Positions 63,886 through 64,000 of a stretch of 64,000 nt of DNA are shown in pieces. The stretch's first letter is position 1; each line of letters opens with the position of its first letter. The stretch covers positions 3,661 to 67,660 of the forward strand of contig JAZDHD010000402.1 of NCBI GenBank assembly GCA_043806215.1, written 5' to 3'. The DNA comes from Pseudomonadota bacterium. GTDB taxonomy: Bacteria > Desulfobacterota > Desulfomonilia > Desulfomonilales > Desulfomonilaceae. The position numbers were made by a program, and so were the translations under genes. The notes under the pieces are model-generated. The model worked only from the letters and a program-made list of their open reading frames with translations, had not been told where the DNA came from and made no database searches.

Positions 63886-64000
63886 TTGGTTACTTGGACT
63901 TGCGACGACATTGAGGATCGTGTCGGGGGCAGCCTTGACACATTGATATTTGAGTCTATGGTAGGCTCATGGAACGGAGGGCACGCATTCACTTACCCGG

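Overview
This is a 64-kb chromosomal window, high-GC by eye (GC was not computed). The gene content looks like a strictly anaerobic deltaproteobacterium-type organism (Syntrophobacterales or sulfate-reducer-like); this is an inference from gene content only. I support about 50 protein genes, one tRNA-Ser(UGA), one IS200-type insertion sequence, six sigma-54 (-24/-12) promoter candidates, several operator or enhancer-like palindromes, and a dispersed family of GC-rich mosaic intergenic repeats in at least 11 intergenic regions.

Main blocks:
- 479-5709 (+): sigma-54-driven beta-oxidation operon (acyl-CoA dehydrogenase, 3-hydroxyacyl-CoA dehydrogenase, two thiolases) with repeat mosaics inside the operon.
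- 8115-12760 (-): envelope or stress-looking cluster (TAXI-type binding protein with a long low-complexity repeat arm, DUF2491/YjfK-like, PspA/IM30-like, J-like protein with HVD instead of HPD).
- 13423-16600 (-): DUF523, purM and mtaD.
- 17190-18806 (-): RRE-radical SAM/SPASM fusion preceded by an untracked 20-codon Lys/Cys-rich ORF. This is my top candidate for an undescribed peptide-modification system.
- 19405-25504 (-): operon of acyl-CoA dehydrogenase, truncated acetyl-CoA-synthase-like protein, CooC-type Ni-insertion ATPase, two 2-hydroxyacyl-CoA-dehydratase-family subunits and an activator ATPase. Beside it lie a MarR / PAS-GAF kinase / sigma-54 activator operon and an AT-richer NYN-nuclease islet.
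- 31660-44438: hybrid kinase, SulP permease, thiolase/SDR/MarR, and a lipid-type trio (methyltransferase, PS-decarboxylase-like, PHP-glycosyltransferase fusion).
- 45610-53326: two divergent PEP-synthase-like paralogs under divergent sigma-54 promoters, flanking a TauE/SafE exporter, followed by two kinase/regulator pairs.
- 57755-63885: GH13 sugar phosphorylase, DUF1573, LysR, then tRNA-Ser with an AT-richer islet ending in IS200.

All family calls come from motif recognition by eye and from memory. No searches were run.
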